Below, in pieces: positions 1-11,849 of a stretch of 64,000 nt of DNA. How positions within the stretch are numbered: position 1 is the first letter of the stretch; the number at the start of each line of letters is the position of its first letter. The notes under the pieces are model-generated. The model made no database searches, was not told the origin of the DNA, and was given only the letters and a program-made list of their open reading frames with translations. The position numbers were made by a program, and so were the translations under genes. The stretch covers positions 117,554,001 to 117,618,000 of the forward strand of contig NC_045696.1 of NCBI RefSeq assembly GCF_009834535.1, read 5' to 3'. This DNA is from Camelus ferus (lineage: Eukaryota).

Positions 1-3000
1 CTATGCTTGTAGGTACAGTGACATTACTCTTTTTCCCTTTGTAAATAATAAATATTTTGAGGCTATGCAAATACCCATTTTCTCCTCAAACTTCTGCCCA
101 CTCATTTTAGCATTCGCAGGCGGATCTTGCCTACAGCAAGTCGGACTAATGTTCTAGTGCTCTAGTGACGATTTGCTATTTCCTTCTTTCCTTCTACATT
201 TATTAACTGGAATTCTTCTGCAAGGAGTCAATATTTCTCCACCATTTACTTATCAATCAATTATGTCACTATGGACTTCTGAATATTTATTTTACTGTTT
301 TATAATCCAATATTTTATTTTGTTACTGAAATGGTTCCAGTATTCATTGGTCATCGTGAGGAATTTCAGGTTGGCTCCTGTGTCCTTTCCACGCGCCGCA
401 CCCTTTGTACTTCCATATTTTTCGGTATTACAAGATCCTCCAGGCTCACCTTGTATCGTCCCTGCCCAGCCTGAGAATCTATCACCTCTCCAAGGACCTG
501 TTTTCTATCATAGGAATGGATAGTTTAGGACCCTCCACTTTCATCCAGGGAAAGAGGATCAAGTCAGAAAAGAAGCTGGAAGGACCTTGGAGAAGCCCAG
601 AATTCAGGGCTTGAGTAGAAGGGTCTGTCAGCGAAGTGGGAGGAAGCTCAGAGCACGGTGTCGGAGAAGCCAAGCAAAGACACCCCCACAGAGCATACTA
701 ACCTGGTCCTGCCATCTTCTCTTACTATTTCCTTTTCAGAGAAGCAGGGCTCTTCCAGCCAGACATCCTCACTGCCCTAGGAGGACCAAATCCCCGACTC
801 TGAGAAACGGCAGTAAACATAACCACAATTACCACATTCAGCCAATGGACTCTAGACCTTCATTCTTCTAGCTGAAATGTTTCCCCTCTCCTCTCTCAAC
901 CCAAATCCTACTCTTCTTTCCAAAGCAGGGCAAGTTGCACATTTCCCCAAACGCTCAGCCTACATGTATCATTTGCTTTACACGAATACCGTGGCTCCTG
1001 TCTCTTCAGTCGATTCACGTTTGGATTATATTCTTTAAAAAATTTATTCTATTTTTTTCATATTAGTTGTTTCCCCAAAATACTGTAGCTCCTTTATGTC
1101 AGAGGCCATACCTCACACTCAGCAGTTAATATCTAAATACCAAATAGACATCTAATAAATATGTATCATTTTAACATTCATATTAATAAATCAACCACTA
1201 TATTGAGTCATCAAAGAAATAGTTAAGCACTGGGAAGCTTCCAGGAGCTACCTTATCTATGCAGGAATGTTAAAAACTACTCCTTAAAATGCAAAGTTAG
1301 AATAGCTATGTGAATTGCTTATGGCTTTGATGATATTCCAAGAAAATATAACCCTGAGCCAGGGTAATTCTTATTTCTCATCAGGAAATAATTCATCAGG
1401 ATATTTATGGCTTACCTATTAATAAAGTAAGCCCCTGTGATATTTTATATGACCCTTTTTTGCCTTGTTTTATAAAAAAAACTATCTGATCTATTTTCAT
1501 TTTGAAAATCAAGTACCTGTTACAGAATTACTAATGTATATAGCCATCAAATTTTCAAAGGACAAATGGGAGACTGTTAAAAAAATTCATTGATTTTTTT
1601 TAAAAAAAGATAACATCATTGTTTTTCTTATTAAACTAGTACTCATTTGTTGAAAAATATCAAGAAAATAGATAAGCAAAAATAATTTCATAATCCCAAC
1701 ACCCAGAAACGGATACCATTAACATTTGTCCTAGCTTCACTGAGATACAACTGACTCATTAACATTTTATAACGTATCATTTGTGTGTGTATATATGTAT
1801 ATATCTGAAGTATATGTGATCATTTTATACAAATTACTTTGTAACTTACTTTTTTCACTTAATGTTTCATATTTTTCACATCATTAAATATTTTCAACAT
1901 TATTTCCCTTGTGATAGTGAATGGAATTTTATAGATTAGATGTATTGTAAGTTATTAAACTAGTCTCTATGCTTGGACATTGAGGTGTTTCCCCGCAATG
2001 AACATTCTTACACTTAATATGAACACACTCATATTCTTTAGCACAAATTTCTAAAAATGAGTTTCTCTATATGAATGACTCTACACAATTTTAAGGTTTT
2101 TGTTTTGTTTTTATGCTGTTAGCATCAGGTGGTGCAAATTTACCATCTCAATCAGTGGTAGTTAAAGCAACTTTCAAAGAATATATCATCTCATATTTTT
2201 AAAGGAAACTTGCTCCCTTCTTGAGTCTCCAAAAAGATGATGAAATAAAGCTGCATTTTCTTTTTTTCTATTATGGGAGTGCCCTTTTCCCTGCAATTTT
2301 GATTAATTTTTTAACATTTGCTTCCTGATATAAAAAATGCACAACAACCCGCATTATTTAGTGTAAGTTGCAGGGAAAGTAGAAGGTAGTCCGAGGTTAA
2401 AAACTTCAAGAAAGAAGAACAAAAATAAAGTTTATTTATTAGGCTCCCACTTGTAATCTCTTGTCAAAAACAATTATTTTTTGAAGTAAGTTTTCTTGCT
2501 TTCTTTGGCATGATTAGTATATTTGCATGAAAGATGATATTTTGCACTTTTATTTCAGATTCACCAGTTTTTTTCCTTATACAAAAGAATCTGGATCAGC
2601 CAACAGTTGCACATGCACAACTGAGGGACAGTTGCCACATTTAAAATAAATTTCCCAGTAGAAATGTAATCATTAGTTCTTTATTTGTAGTTATGTATAC
2701 ATTGCACAAAGACCAAAAGGGCCAAGAAGAAGGGAAATACAAGTTCGTTAATAACAATTCTGCTTGAACTTCAAATTTGGTTTCATGAATTAGTCCTTCC
2801 TGTTTGGAACATAAGTCTTTGTTGTTAATACACACATCAGATTTATTTCATGTGCAACATTAAGATGACAATTCAATAATTTCTAATTATAAATGTTTAT
2901 ATGAAGAGAAATGAACACAAGTCCTTAAAGAAAAAAGAAGCTGATATATATACATGTCCCCATTTCCATAGCTAAAAACCAGAAGAGCAATGTTAAGTTA

Positions 3001-3482
3001 CTTGCAAAAATTTGAACAGTTTTGAAAAACAGTCTACTTTCTTTCCCCTCTAAAGTTCTGAAAGGCAGAGGATGAAATCAACCTTCATTTTTTTTTTTCT
3101 ATTTGCCTAACATCAATCATGAGTGACTAAATCTCTACAAGTTTGTTCTAAGTTGAAAAGTCCTTTAAACTAATATTGCATTCTTGAACTATTCTTAAAC
3201 AAATACTGAATTCTTCAAGTGTAAAGGAGACAAAGTTGGCATATAGGGAAAAAGAAACACTATTGGTCCCCAAAGAGACATTAAGACAGCCAAAGATCAC
3301 ATAAGTGGTCTGTTTGGCAGGGGCAATAGTCCAAGGGAGGGGATATTTGTCCTAAACAGGACTGTGTGTGCCCACCAGGACACAGGAATCAGCACACAGG
3401 ATCTCCTTTTGCTGTTTGCAATATTATTTCTATTTTCTGCAAATTGGATAATATGTATCGATAAGACAAACAACACTGCCTC

Positions 3483-3944
3483 TTTTTTTAAATTGAAGTA
3501 CAGTCAGTTACAATGTATCAGTTTTTGGTGTACAGCATCCTGTCTCAGTTATACGTATATTCATTTTCTTATTCTTTTTCACTAATGGCTATTATTATAT
3601 ATAGTGGTTAACATTCTCAAATCTCAAACTCCCTAATTTATCCCTTCCCACCCTTTCCCCTTTGGTAACCATAGTTTGTCTTCTATGTCCATGAGTCTGT
3701 TTTTGGTTTGTAAATAGAATTTGTATCATTTTTTTTTTAGATTCCACATATAATTGATATCATATGATATCTGTCCTTGTCTGACTTACTTCACTCAATA
3801 TGATAATCTCTAGGTCCATCCATGTTGCTGCAAATGGCATGGTATCAACCTAAATGTCCACCAACAGATGATTAGACAAAGAAGATGTGGTGTATAAATG
3901 CAATGGAATACTACTCAGCCATAAAAAGAATGAAATAATGCCAT
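3483..3944 (-). mobile_element. 5'-truncated LINE-1 with a 5' inversion
   Basis: 3483-3840 is an antisense L1 3' end (poly-T, then the reverse complement of the ORF2 end and 3'UTR). About 3846-3944 is a sense-oriented upstream L1 segment (CAACCTAAATGTCCA...GAAATAATGCCAT). Similar to the copy at 8300-8910. Confidence 0.85.
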
Positions 3945-4814
3945 ATTTTGATTAATGTGTTTCTTCTTTAACTTTTACTTCATTTCTGGACTTACAGAGG
4001 CACTGTGCATTTCCCATTTGTTTTAAGCCTCTGGCCAGTAAGCACTTTCCCGATGCTTACAGTGTCAAAGGAAGAGGAGATAACTCAGAAAGAGCCCCAG
4101 TTCTTGGTACTCAGAGATTGGCAGCAAAGCATCATCTGGGAATTTACATTAATCTACTGTCTATGTATAAGACCTCCTTCATTGTCTGTTCAGGTTATGG
4201 GGATTCGTTTTGTTACAGCAAGATTGTACAGAGAAAGGGAAAAAGTTAATGTTCTGCCTACAACACCCAAAATAAAATATTTTATTCTGCAAAAGATAAG
4301 AGACTTGAAAGCCAAGATTTGTTAAGAGAAGATTTTCTCCGAGCCCCATCTTTCCCCCTTTTATCATATCATGAAGCAGGTGGATGCAGACCATAAGCTC
4401 TTTCCAAAGAACAGATATCTATTCCACTTATGACCCAGGTTGTGAAGGTTTCCCTTCATTAGGTTTATTTGGAAATAACTGTATTTACAGAAGAGCTGCA
4501 AACGTGGTTCTGAGAGATAAATACAGGTAAGTTCATATTTAGAAATTCATATCATAAATGGACATTGCCATGACATCTTAGCATGCAATCGGTGGACTAG
4601 TCTTGGTGAACAAGATGTAGACCAGTTTAGGTGTGTTAATCTCTCACGGCGAGTTACTTATACCACTGGCTGCATCCTTATCAGCTGCAGGAAGACCATG
4701 TACTTGACCGACGATCCATCAGACAGGCTGATCAATCTATCTGAAAGATGATGGTTTTGAAATCATCACCTTTGGATGGGAATAAAATAGTGACTACTTT
4801 GAATGAGAGCTTGT

Positions 4815-4988
4815 CATCATGTGTTCCTTGGACCTACAATATCAGCATCACCCAGGAACTCCTTAGAAACGCAACTTCTGTGTCTCCACCCAGTGTACTG
4901 AACCCCTGGAGGGTGCACCCAGCAATCTGTGTTTTAACGAGCCCTCCAGGTGACTCTGCTGCACATCTGAGTTTAAGAGCTACTGGTT
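4815..4988. mobile_element. MER5-like hAT-Charlie DNA transposon remnant
   Basis: CAGCATCACCCAGGAACTCCTTAGAAACGCA...TGTTTTAACGAGCCCTCCAGGTGACTCTG motifs. Confidence 0.7.
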
Positions 4989-5312
4989 AGAATGTTTTAA
5001 GTGAAAGAGTTACGTTCGAGCTGGAGGAAAATGAAACACTATCAATTAAGTGCAAATTATCCCTGCTAGAATGCAGACCTGGAGCCCATGAAAAAAGATC
5101 AGACTGGGTACAGGAAAAAGGAAGAAAATGAAACTTTCTTTGCATATTGGAGCAATATGCAGATGCTAAAAGCCAAATACTTTGAGTGGGGATGATTTTT
5201 AATCTTTCTCCATAAACTTACCTCTGGAGTTGGGGCTCCACATTTCTAAGCATCACTCATTCCCCAGCCCAGCGCAGCTTGTTTTAACCAAACAGGATCA
5301 CAGTAATAGGAA

Positions 5313-5794
5313 TGTGAATGAAAAATGAAACAGAGGATGCTGTGGCCATCAAGTCATTAGTTGCCACCACCGACCCTGACAGCGAGGACCCCTCAGGATG
5401 GAGACAAGCAGGCAGCCCGGGCTCTGCAGCCACTCCCTACAGTGCCCACTGAGGGAACTCTGGATGGGAAAGAACAGGACACTGGCCCTAGACAGCTAGG
5501 TGCGCACCGAAGGAACAATTTCAGTGAGCCCAGAGCTTTGCACCTTCCCGTACATAAGAAAGCGCTAAATTCTTAAACATGAGATAACTTTTTTTTTAAT
5601 TAACAGTAATCTTTTGATAGTCTGACTACCTGGTCTTTGCAACAGAATTCCCGTATATCGGCTCCTCCTGTGCCTCTTCGGAGCAGACCCTCAGAGCCAT
5701 CTGAGAGGCTGTCATCCCGGGCTCGAGTCCTCAGAAAGTCCACCAAATAAAACAGAACTCTCAAATTTTAGGTTGCGCATTTTTTCGGTCAACA
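5313..5794 (+). mobile_element. Solo ERV LTR (ERV1-like), 482 bp
   Basis: Begins TGTGAA and ends TCAACA. Flanked by a 4-bp direct repeat GGAA (5309-5312 and 5795-5798). AATAAA at 5746-5751. Confidence 0.75.
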
Positions 5795-6114
5795 GGAACA
5801 GAAGTGTTTCTTCAGCTTTGCTCTCAGCGCACAGACTGCTGAATTTCTGGCTTTCCTCATGGTCCCTGCAACTATTAATAGCTCAGGAGGACCCTCTGGC
5901 TATTTTGTGATCACCGTCCTTTCCCCTCTGTGACTTCTAGTATATCGTCTTCCCTGGTGCTTGTGTCCCTTCCCAGGTAAGGCTGATATGGTTTGGGCTT
6001 AGAATCGGGTTGACCTGGACCTAAGCCCGATCACAGCCAAGAAATTCTCTTCTTTTCCCTCAGTGCTACATTCTCTTACTGGGGGATGCCATCTGGAGCT
6101 CCCAGGATCCTCTA

Positions 6115-6280
6115 AGACCGGCTTTTGCAAACTGATGCACGTACAAACCAGCCGGGGCTCCTGTTCTGGTGCAGGTCTGATCCTGCAGGTCTCGGGTGGG
6201 CCTGAGCAGCTGCATTTCTGATAAGCTCCCAGGGGATGCTGATGTTGCCAGTCTGCAGACAGTCACGTTGAGACACAAGA
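6115..6280. mobile_element. MER5-like DNA transposon remnant
   Basis: GGTGGGCCTGAGCAGCTGCATTTCTGATAAGCTCCCAGGGGATGCTGATG motif. Confidence 0.65.
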
Positions 6281-7119
6281 TTTAAAGCTGCAATTTTTCT
6301 GCTTTCACTGTGTCTTCTCCCTGGGTTTTAAACACACGGGAGGGACTGTAGTTACAGGGTGATCAGCTGTCCTGGGTTGACACCCTGTGTCCTGGGGTTC
6401 CCCTACACAGTCCTGGGCAAACCCCGGATGACTGGTCATTCCAGCAGCCCCCAACCATTCTGAACAGCTCTCACTCTGCTTCTCCCGAACTTCCCCCACA
6501 TCTGGCCCTTGTATTCTTGCTTCTTAAGATGAATGTTTTCCCTTGAGGCTCTTCTTTTCTCCTCCATATCACTCCCTCTCTTTTGGCAGACCTGTCTCCA
6601 CCAGCCCTGAAGACAGAGTCGCATGTGCACCCCATATATTTAGTTAGCTCAGTCTAGGAAGAGCAGTCCATTTAACTTGGTTTGGAAGGTTCCATTGAAG
6701 GTTTCCCCACAGTTAGTCAGGTCTAAGAGCCCTCCCCGAGATCAGCCAGGCCCCTATCTGACTGTTCACTCCTGTGCTTTCACATAAACATTCTCATCCG
6801 CCGTGGTCCCTGGAAACCAAGTAGCTTTGCCCAGTGCCTGGGAGCAGTGCCTGCCCTGCTTTGCTTCTTAGGTGATGTTGGCTGTTAACTGAAACTATGA
6901 AAAACCAAAATCTTCAACTTTGAGGCTTCGCGAATACATGTTTTCCAGGATTTCCAGCTGTCCTGTGCCTGTTGAAGCCATGAATTCTTTTAAGCACAAT
7001 CTCATGCCTCATCATCTGAGAAATACAGCTCTGATTCTGTCCATCCACAGCTAGAAACCTTCATTAACACTGAATTTCCAGCAGAATAGTTCCCGAACTG
7101 TCCCTGTTAGTACAAAGTC

Positions 7120-7300
7120 AAAACTTTAGCATGCATCTGAATGACCCGGAGGAATGGCTAAATTACAGATTGCTGGCCCCGCCCCTGAGTTTCAGATTTA
7201 GTTAAAGCCTGGGTGGGAGCCCAGAAATTCGCATTTCTAACAAGTTCCCAGGGGACACAGATGCTGCTGGTTCACAGACCACACTCCAAGACCCACCAGC
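7120..7300. mobile_element. MER5A-like DNA transposon remnant
   Basis: CAGATTGCTGGCCCC...GCATTTCTAACAAGTTCCCAGGGGA...GACCACACT motif. Confidence 0.7.
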
Positions 7301-7449
7301 CTAGTGGACCCACTGCATCCAGCCACAGGTTATGTTCCTAACACCCAACCACAGCACGTGTTTTCAAAGATAGCCTTTTATTCCCCATTCATACTACATG
7401 CCTTCCTACTCTGTGCCTTTGCTCTGTTTCATTCATTTATTCACTCACT

Positions 7450-7750
7450 TACTGCCTTAGCTAGAAAAAAATACCATAAACTGGGTGGCTTACACAACAG
7501 ACATTTATTTCTCAGTTCCAGAGGCTGGGAAGTCCAAGATCAAGGTGCCAGTAGATTGAGTTCTTGGTGAGGACCCTCTTCTTGGCTTGCCTTGGGTCTC
7601 TTCCTCTTCTAATTCCATCATGGGGCCCCACCCTCATGACTTCATCTAAACCTAATTACTTCCCGAAGGCCCCACCTCCTGATAACCACCACATTGGGGT
7701 TTGGGGTTTCAACATACAAATTTGGGGGGACACAGACATTTAGTCCAGAA
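7450..7750 (-). mobile_element. MaLR LTR (MLT1-type) fragment
   Basis: Characteristic AAATACCATAAACTGGGTGGCTTA...GGCTGGGAAGTCCAAGATCAAGGTGCCAG...GGGGGGACACAGACATTTAGTCCA. Confidence 0.8.
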
Positions 7751-8299
7751 TGCTCATGAATTCATTCATTCAATCAATGGTTCATTACCCTATCTAACTT
7801 CCCCCTCCAGTTTTATTGAGGTGTAATTGACAAAAATTATAAACATTTAAGGTTTACAATATGATTTTTTGATATACTTCATTAGAAGTATCTTTAACTT
7901 TTTAAAAAACCAACATGACTGGCCCTCATGAAGTTTATGGTATTAAGAGAAGAAAAAGTTTACCCTTTTCATTTACAGAGTGCTTCAAGGTTTCCAAAGA
8001 GTTTCTGCGTCTCCCATTGGATCTTCTCCAGAGCCCTGAAAGACCAACAGGTACAGATCATTTCACACATTTCACAGATGAAGAAACTGAAGAAGTGGTT
8101 CATCCAAGGTAATGCCAACCCAGGTCTTTCCAGTCCCAGGTCAATGTTGTTTCCACCCAATTCCACAACTTGAGTCTTGGCTACTTGTATTCTCTCCCTT
8201 CCTGCTGTCCAAATTTTACCCCTTCTTTAAAGCCCAGTCCCTACCACCTCCATGAAGCCTTCCCTGATAATCCTAGTTAAAATAATTTCTCCTTCTAGG

Positions 8300-8910
8300 A
8301 AACTCTAATTAGAAAAGACACATGCACCTCAATGTTCACAGCAGCACTATTTACAATAGCCAAGACATGGAAGCAACCTAAATGTCCATCGACAGATGAC
8401 TGGATAAAGAAGTTGTGATATATATGCAGTGGAATATTTTCAGCCATAAAAAAGAATGAAATTACGCCATTTGCAGCAACATGGATGGACCTAGATATTA
8501 CCACATTAAGTGAAGTAAGTTACACACAGAAAGACAAATATCATATGATATCACTTATACGCGAAATCTAAAATACAGTACAAATGAACTTATTTACAAA
8601 ACAGAAATTGACTCACAGACATAGGGAAAAAAAACTTATGGCTACCAAAGGGGAAAGGTGGGGGGAGGGATAAAATAGGAGATTAGAATTAGCAGATACA
8701 AACTACTATACATAAAGTAGATAAACAACAAGGACCTGCTGTATAGCTCAGGGAAGTATACTTAATATCATGTAATAAACTATAATGGAAAAGAATCTGA
8801 AAAGGAAAAAAATGTAAACATACATGTATGTATATCTGAATCACTTTGCTGGACACCAGAAACTAACACAACATTGTAAATCAAGTATACTTCAGTTAAA
8901 AAAAAAAAAA
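8300..8910 (+). mobile_element. LINE-1 3' fragment (ORF2 C-terminus, 3'UTR, poly-A)
   Basis: Encodes KDTCTSMFTAALFTIAKTWKQPKCPSTDDWIKKL*, the L1 ORF2 C-terminus with a premature stop. G-rich 3'UTR tract. A-tail at 8898-8910. Confidence 0.92.
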
Positions 8911-10999
8911 CTTCTTATGAAGATAGTACTTTATTGTTTCTCTACTGGCATTTAAAAAAAATATAACCTCCATTTCTAGATGCTAATCTCCTTGAGAATA
9001 GGATCAATATTTCACTCTTCTTTTTGTCTCCCAAAGCAGTCAGTTCTTATCTTATAGTAGCTGCTCATTAAAGTATGAAATGAACAAAAATTAGAGAGAT
9101 GAAGATTTCACCTACTTTCTGAGTCAATGGTTATATTCATAAGACAATCAATGAAGAATGTGTTTGAAGACAAAAGCAGAATTGTGTGTTGTCTCTTTAA
9201 CTCCTAGCTCCATAAACAGGGATGGGGAAAACTAGCATTCACTGAGTGACTGCTGGGCGCCAGGTGTTTTAGGTGATGACATTTTGCTTTCATAACCTTG
9301 TAGACAATTACTATTGTTCCTATTTTCAACTGAAGACACTGAAGCCCAGAATTGTTTAGAAATTTTCTCCAAGTCCAGATATTGATGACCTATTGCAGAG
9401 AGGACCAAACTCAATTCCATTGAATTTTATGTGGTAATATGAACACATGAAATCACCTCCAATTATATTATAAGAATAATAAATTGTCTGGCATCTATCT
9501 CTATAAGAAATTAGTTCAAATTATATCAATAATTTTGAGATCACTTTCATCTTATTATTAATAAGGTAATAATAATACCTTGTAATTGACCCATCATTGA
9601 TTCACCACTTGTTACATGAATACTTTGATCCATTTTTCCAAAAGAGGAAAGGAATTTCATTATTACTATACTCTTTTTTTGTTCTTCATGTGGCTGGTTA
9701 TCATTACTTGTGAAATGCTGGCTTGTGACTTAGTAAATCTGCCATGACAAGTGATATGTGTTATAATAGAACATGACTATTAGAAAAGAGAATGTGAAAA
9801 GTTTAGGGTAAATCCTGGAATAAAGTGGGTGTGGGGTAGATAACCCTAGAGACGCTTTCATAAATAACCCCAAAAGGAATAACTTTAGCAAAAATGGAAA
9901 ACTCAGACATTGAAGCAGTTTGTTAACATTTCCCATATTATAGAGCTGTGAATTATTACAGAGTTTAACCAAAGGACGTTATTAATGAATGTCATAGAAC
10001 CCGGACAGAGGCAGGTAAGAGACAGAAGCATTAAGGAAATGGTTAACTCACCTAGGAGGGTTCACGCCTGGGTTCCGCAGCAGAAGTCTTACAAGAGCAG
10101 AGGCCAGCAACATCCTGAAAACCAAACAGACTCATTGAAGGTGACTGCTCTCCCAAGGGTATAAAATACCAATTTGTATCCTTTCCTCTTACAGGTCCTG
10201 CAATATTTTACCTGGCAAACACCTGTCAGTATAATTGTGAGGGGTTATTATAAGGTCTTACCATTTCGTTCGTTAGCCATTAAGACAGTTAATAAATCCT
10301 GGCATCTTAACAGTTGTTTGAGGGGTTTTTTGTTTGTTTGTTCTGTTTTTGTTTTTGCTTTCACTGAAACTGTCTCAAGTAATAAGAAATTCTACCAAAA
10401 TCTTCCAAACTTTGGGGATCCGCCAAGTGGAATAAAGTTTCAAAGCACACCTTCAGGTCCCCTAGGGTGTTCAATTTGGAAAAATCAAGTCACAACAAAA
10501 GTCCTATTTCTTAAACAGCTTTCTATTGTCAGATCAGGGAGCTGGGAAAAAGTCATGCATCTAGAGAAAGGTGAAATGGAGGCAGCAGATAAATATTTTC
10601 TCTAATTCAGGGCTGGTGATATTAATATCAATGGTAATATTGGCTTCAATGAGCAGTTTCAATCACTCATGTACATGTCCTCAGAGATACGACACAAGCA
10701 GAGAGACTATGCTTCTTGAAAATAAAAAACAGACGTTTGATTTTTGTCAATCTTTCTTGGAAAGAGTTCAAAAGTGCCCCCTACAACAAGCGGTAGGTAG
10801 GTTCCTAGAAATCTCTGCACTGGGGAATTCATAGTAAGGACGAAGAACGATCTACATACAGAAACGAAACTTGTTGCTATCTAAGGACCGGCTAGAGGGA
10901 AATGTCATTTTTGTCCAGTCCCTAAGGAGCTGTAGCACAATGAGGTTTATTTGTAAAATAACAATAATAATAGTAGACGGTGCTTACATATTTAAGTTC

Positions 11000-11190
11000 C
11001 ACCCAGTGTTCTAAATACATTTAAAGTATATTAATCCTCCCAATCAACTGATGAGGTAGGTACTATAATCATCCTCATTTTACAGGATAAACTTAGAAAC
11101 AAAAGTTCAACAACTTGTCCATCATCACACGCCTAGTAAGTGGTGACACAGGCAGGCTGGCTCCAGAGTCCAGGCTCTTAGCCAATATGC
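11000..11190 (-). mobile_element. MIR SINE remnant
   Basis: ATGAGGTAGGTACTATAATCATCCTCATTTTACAG...CTAGTAAGTGG...GGCTCCAGAGTCCAGGCTCTTA core. Other MIR-like pieces lie near 8060-8150, 9230-9400, 11650-11760, 19350-19410 and 20180-20345. Confidence 0.7.
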
Positions 11191-11849
11191 TTTATAGGTT
11201 TTTTCAAATATATAAATAATGGTATATATTTTTGAATATAAGGAACAGATATTGTTAAATATTTAATATTATTAAATTAAATATTTAATATTTATATTTT
11301 TAAAAATTTAAATCATTAACAATTTGAGAAAATGAGAAACAGAAGAAAAGAAATGGAAGAAAAGTGCTACTAACCTCACAGAATTAATGTTAGCCTTTGG
11401 GAATATTTGCTTTCAGTCATATTTATATGTAAATTTTTTGATTTGCTGTAGTTCTATGATTTTTTTTTTCTCTTCACAGTATATCAGAACTATTTCCTAT
11501 GTCACTAAAGAGTTCATGGGTGTTCATTTTTAGCACCTGTGTCATACTGCGTAGACTGGGGAGACCGGACTTGTTTGGCAAGTCTCAGTTGTTACCTCTT
11601 GAGGTTGGTTACAACAGCCCAGAAGAGATTAAAGGGCAGGCTGTGCACGTAGACAGCCGAGTTCAAATCCTCACTTCTCTATTCACTAGCTACACAATCC
11701 TGAGTAAGCTACTTGACCTCTAAATGTCTCAGTTTTCTCATCTATAAAATGAGGAAATGAAAAGTAACTGCCTCCACTTCCTTGGGATTTTGTAAGGCTT
11801 GACTGTGTGGATTAAAATATTACCTGCACAGAGTTATTACTATCATAAG

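Noticed and set aside
8295..8504. 69-aa minus-strand ORF (MVISRSIHVAANG...)
   Set aside because: It is an antisense reading of the L1 3' end, a common spurious ORF.
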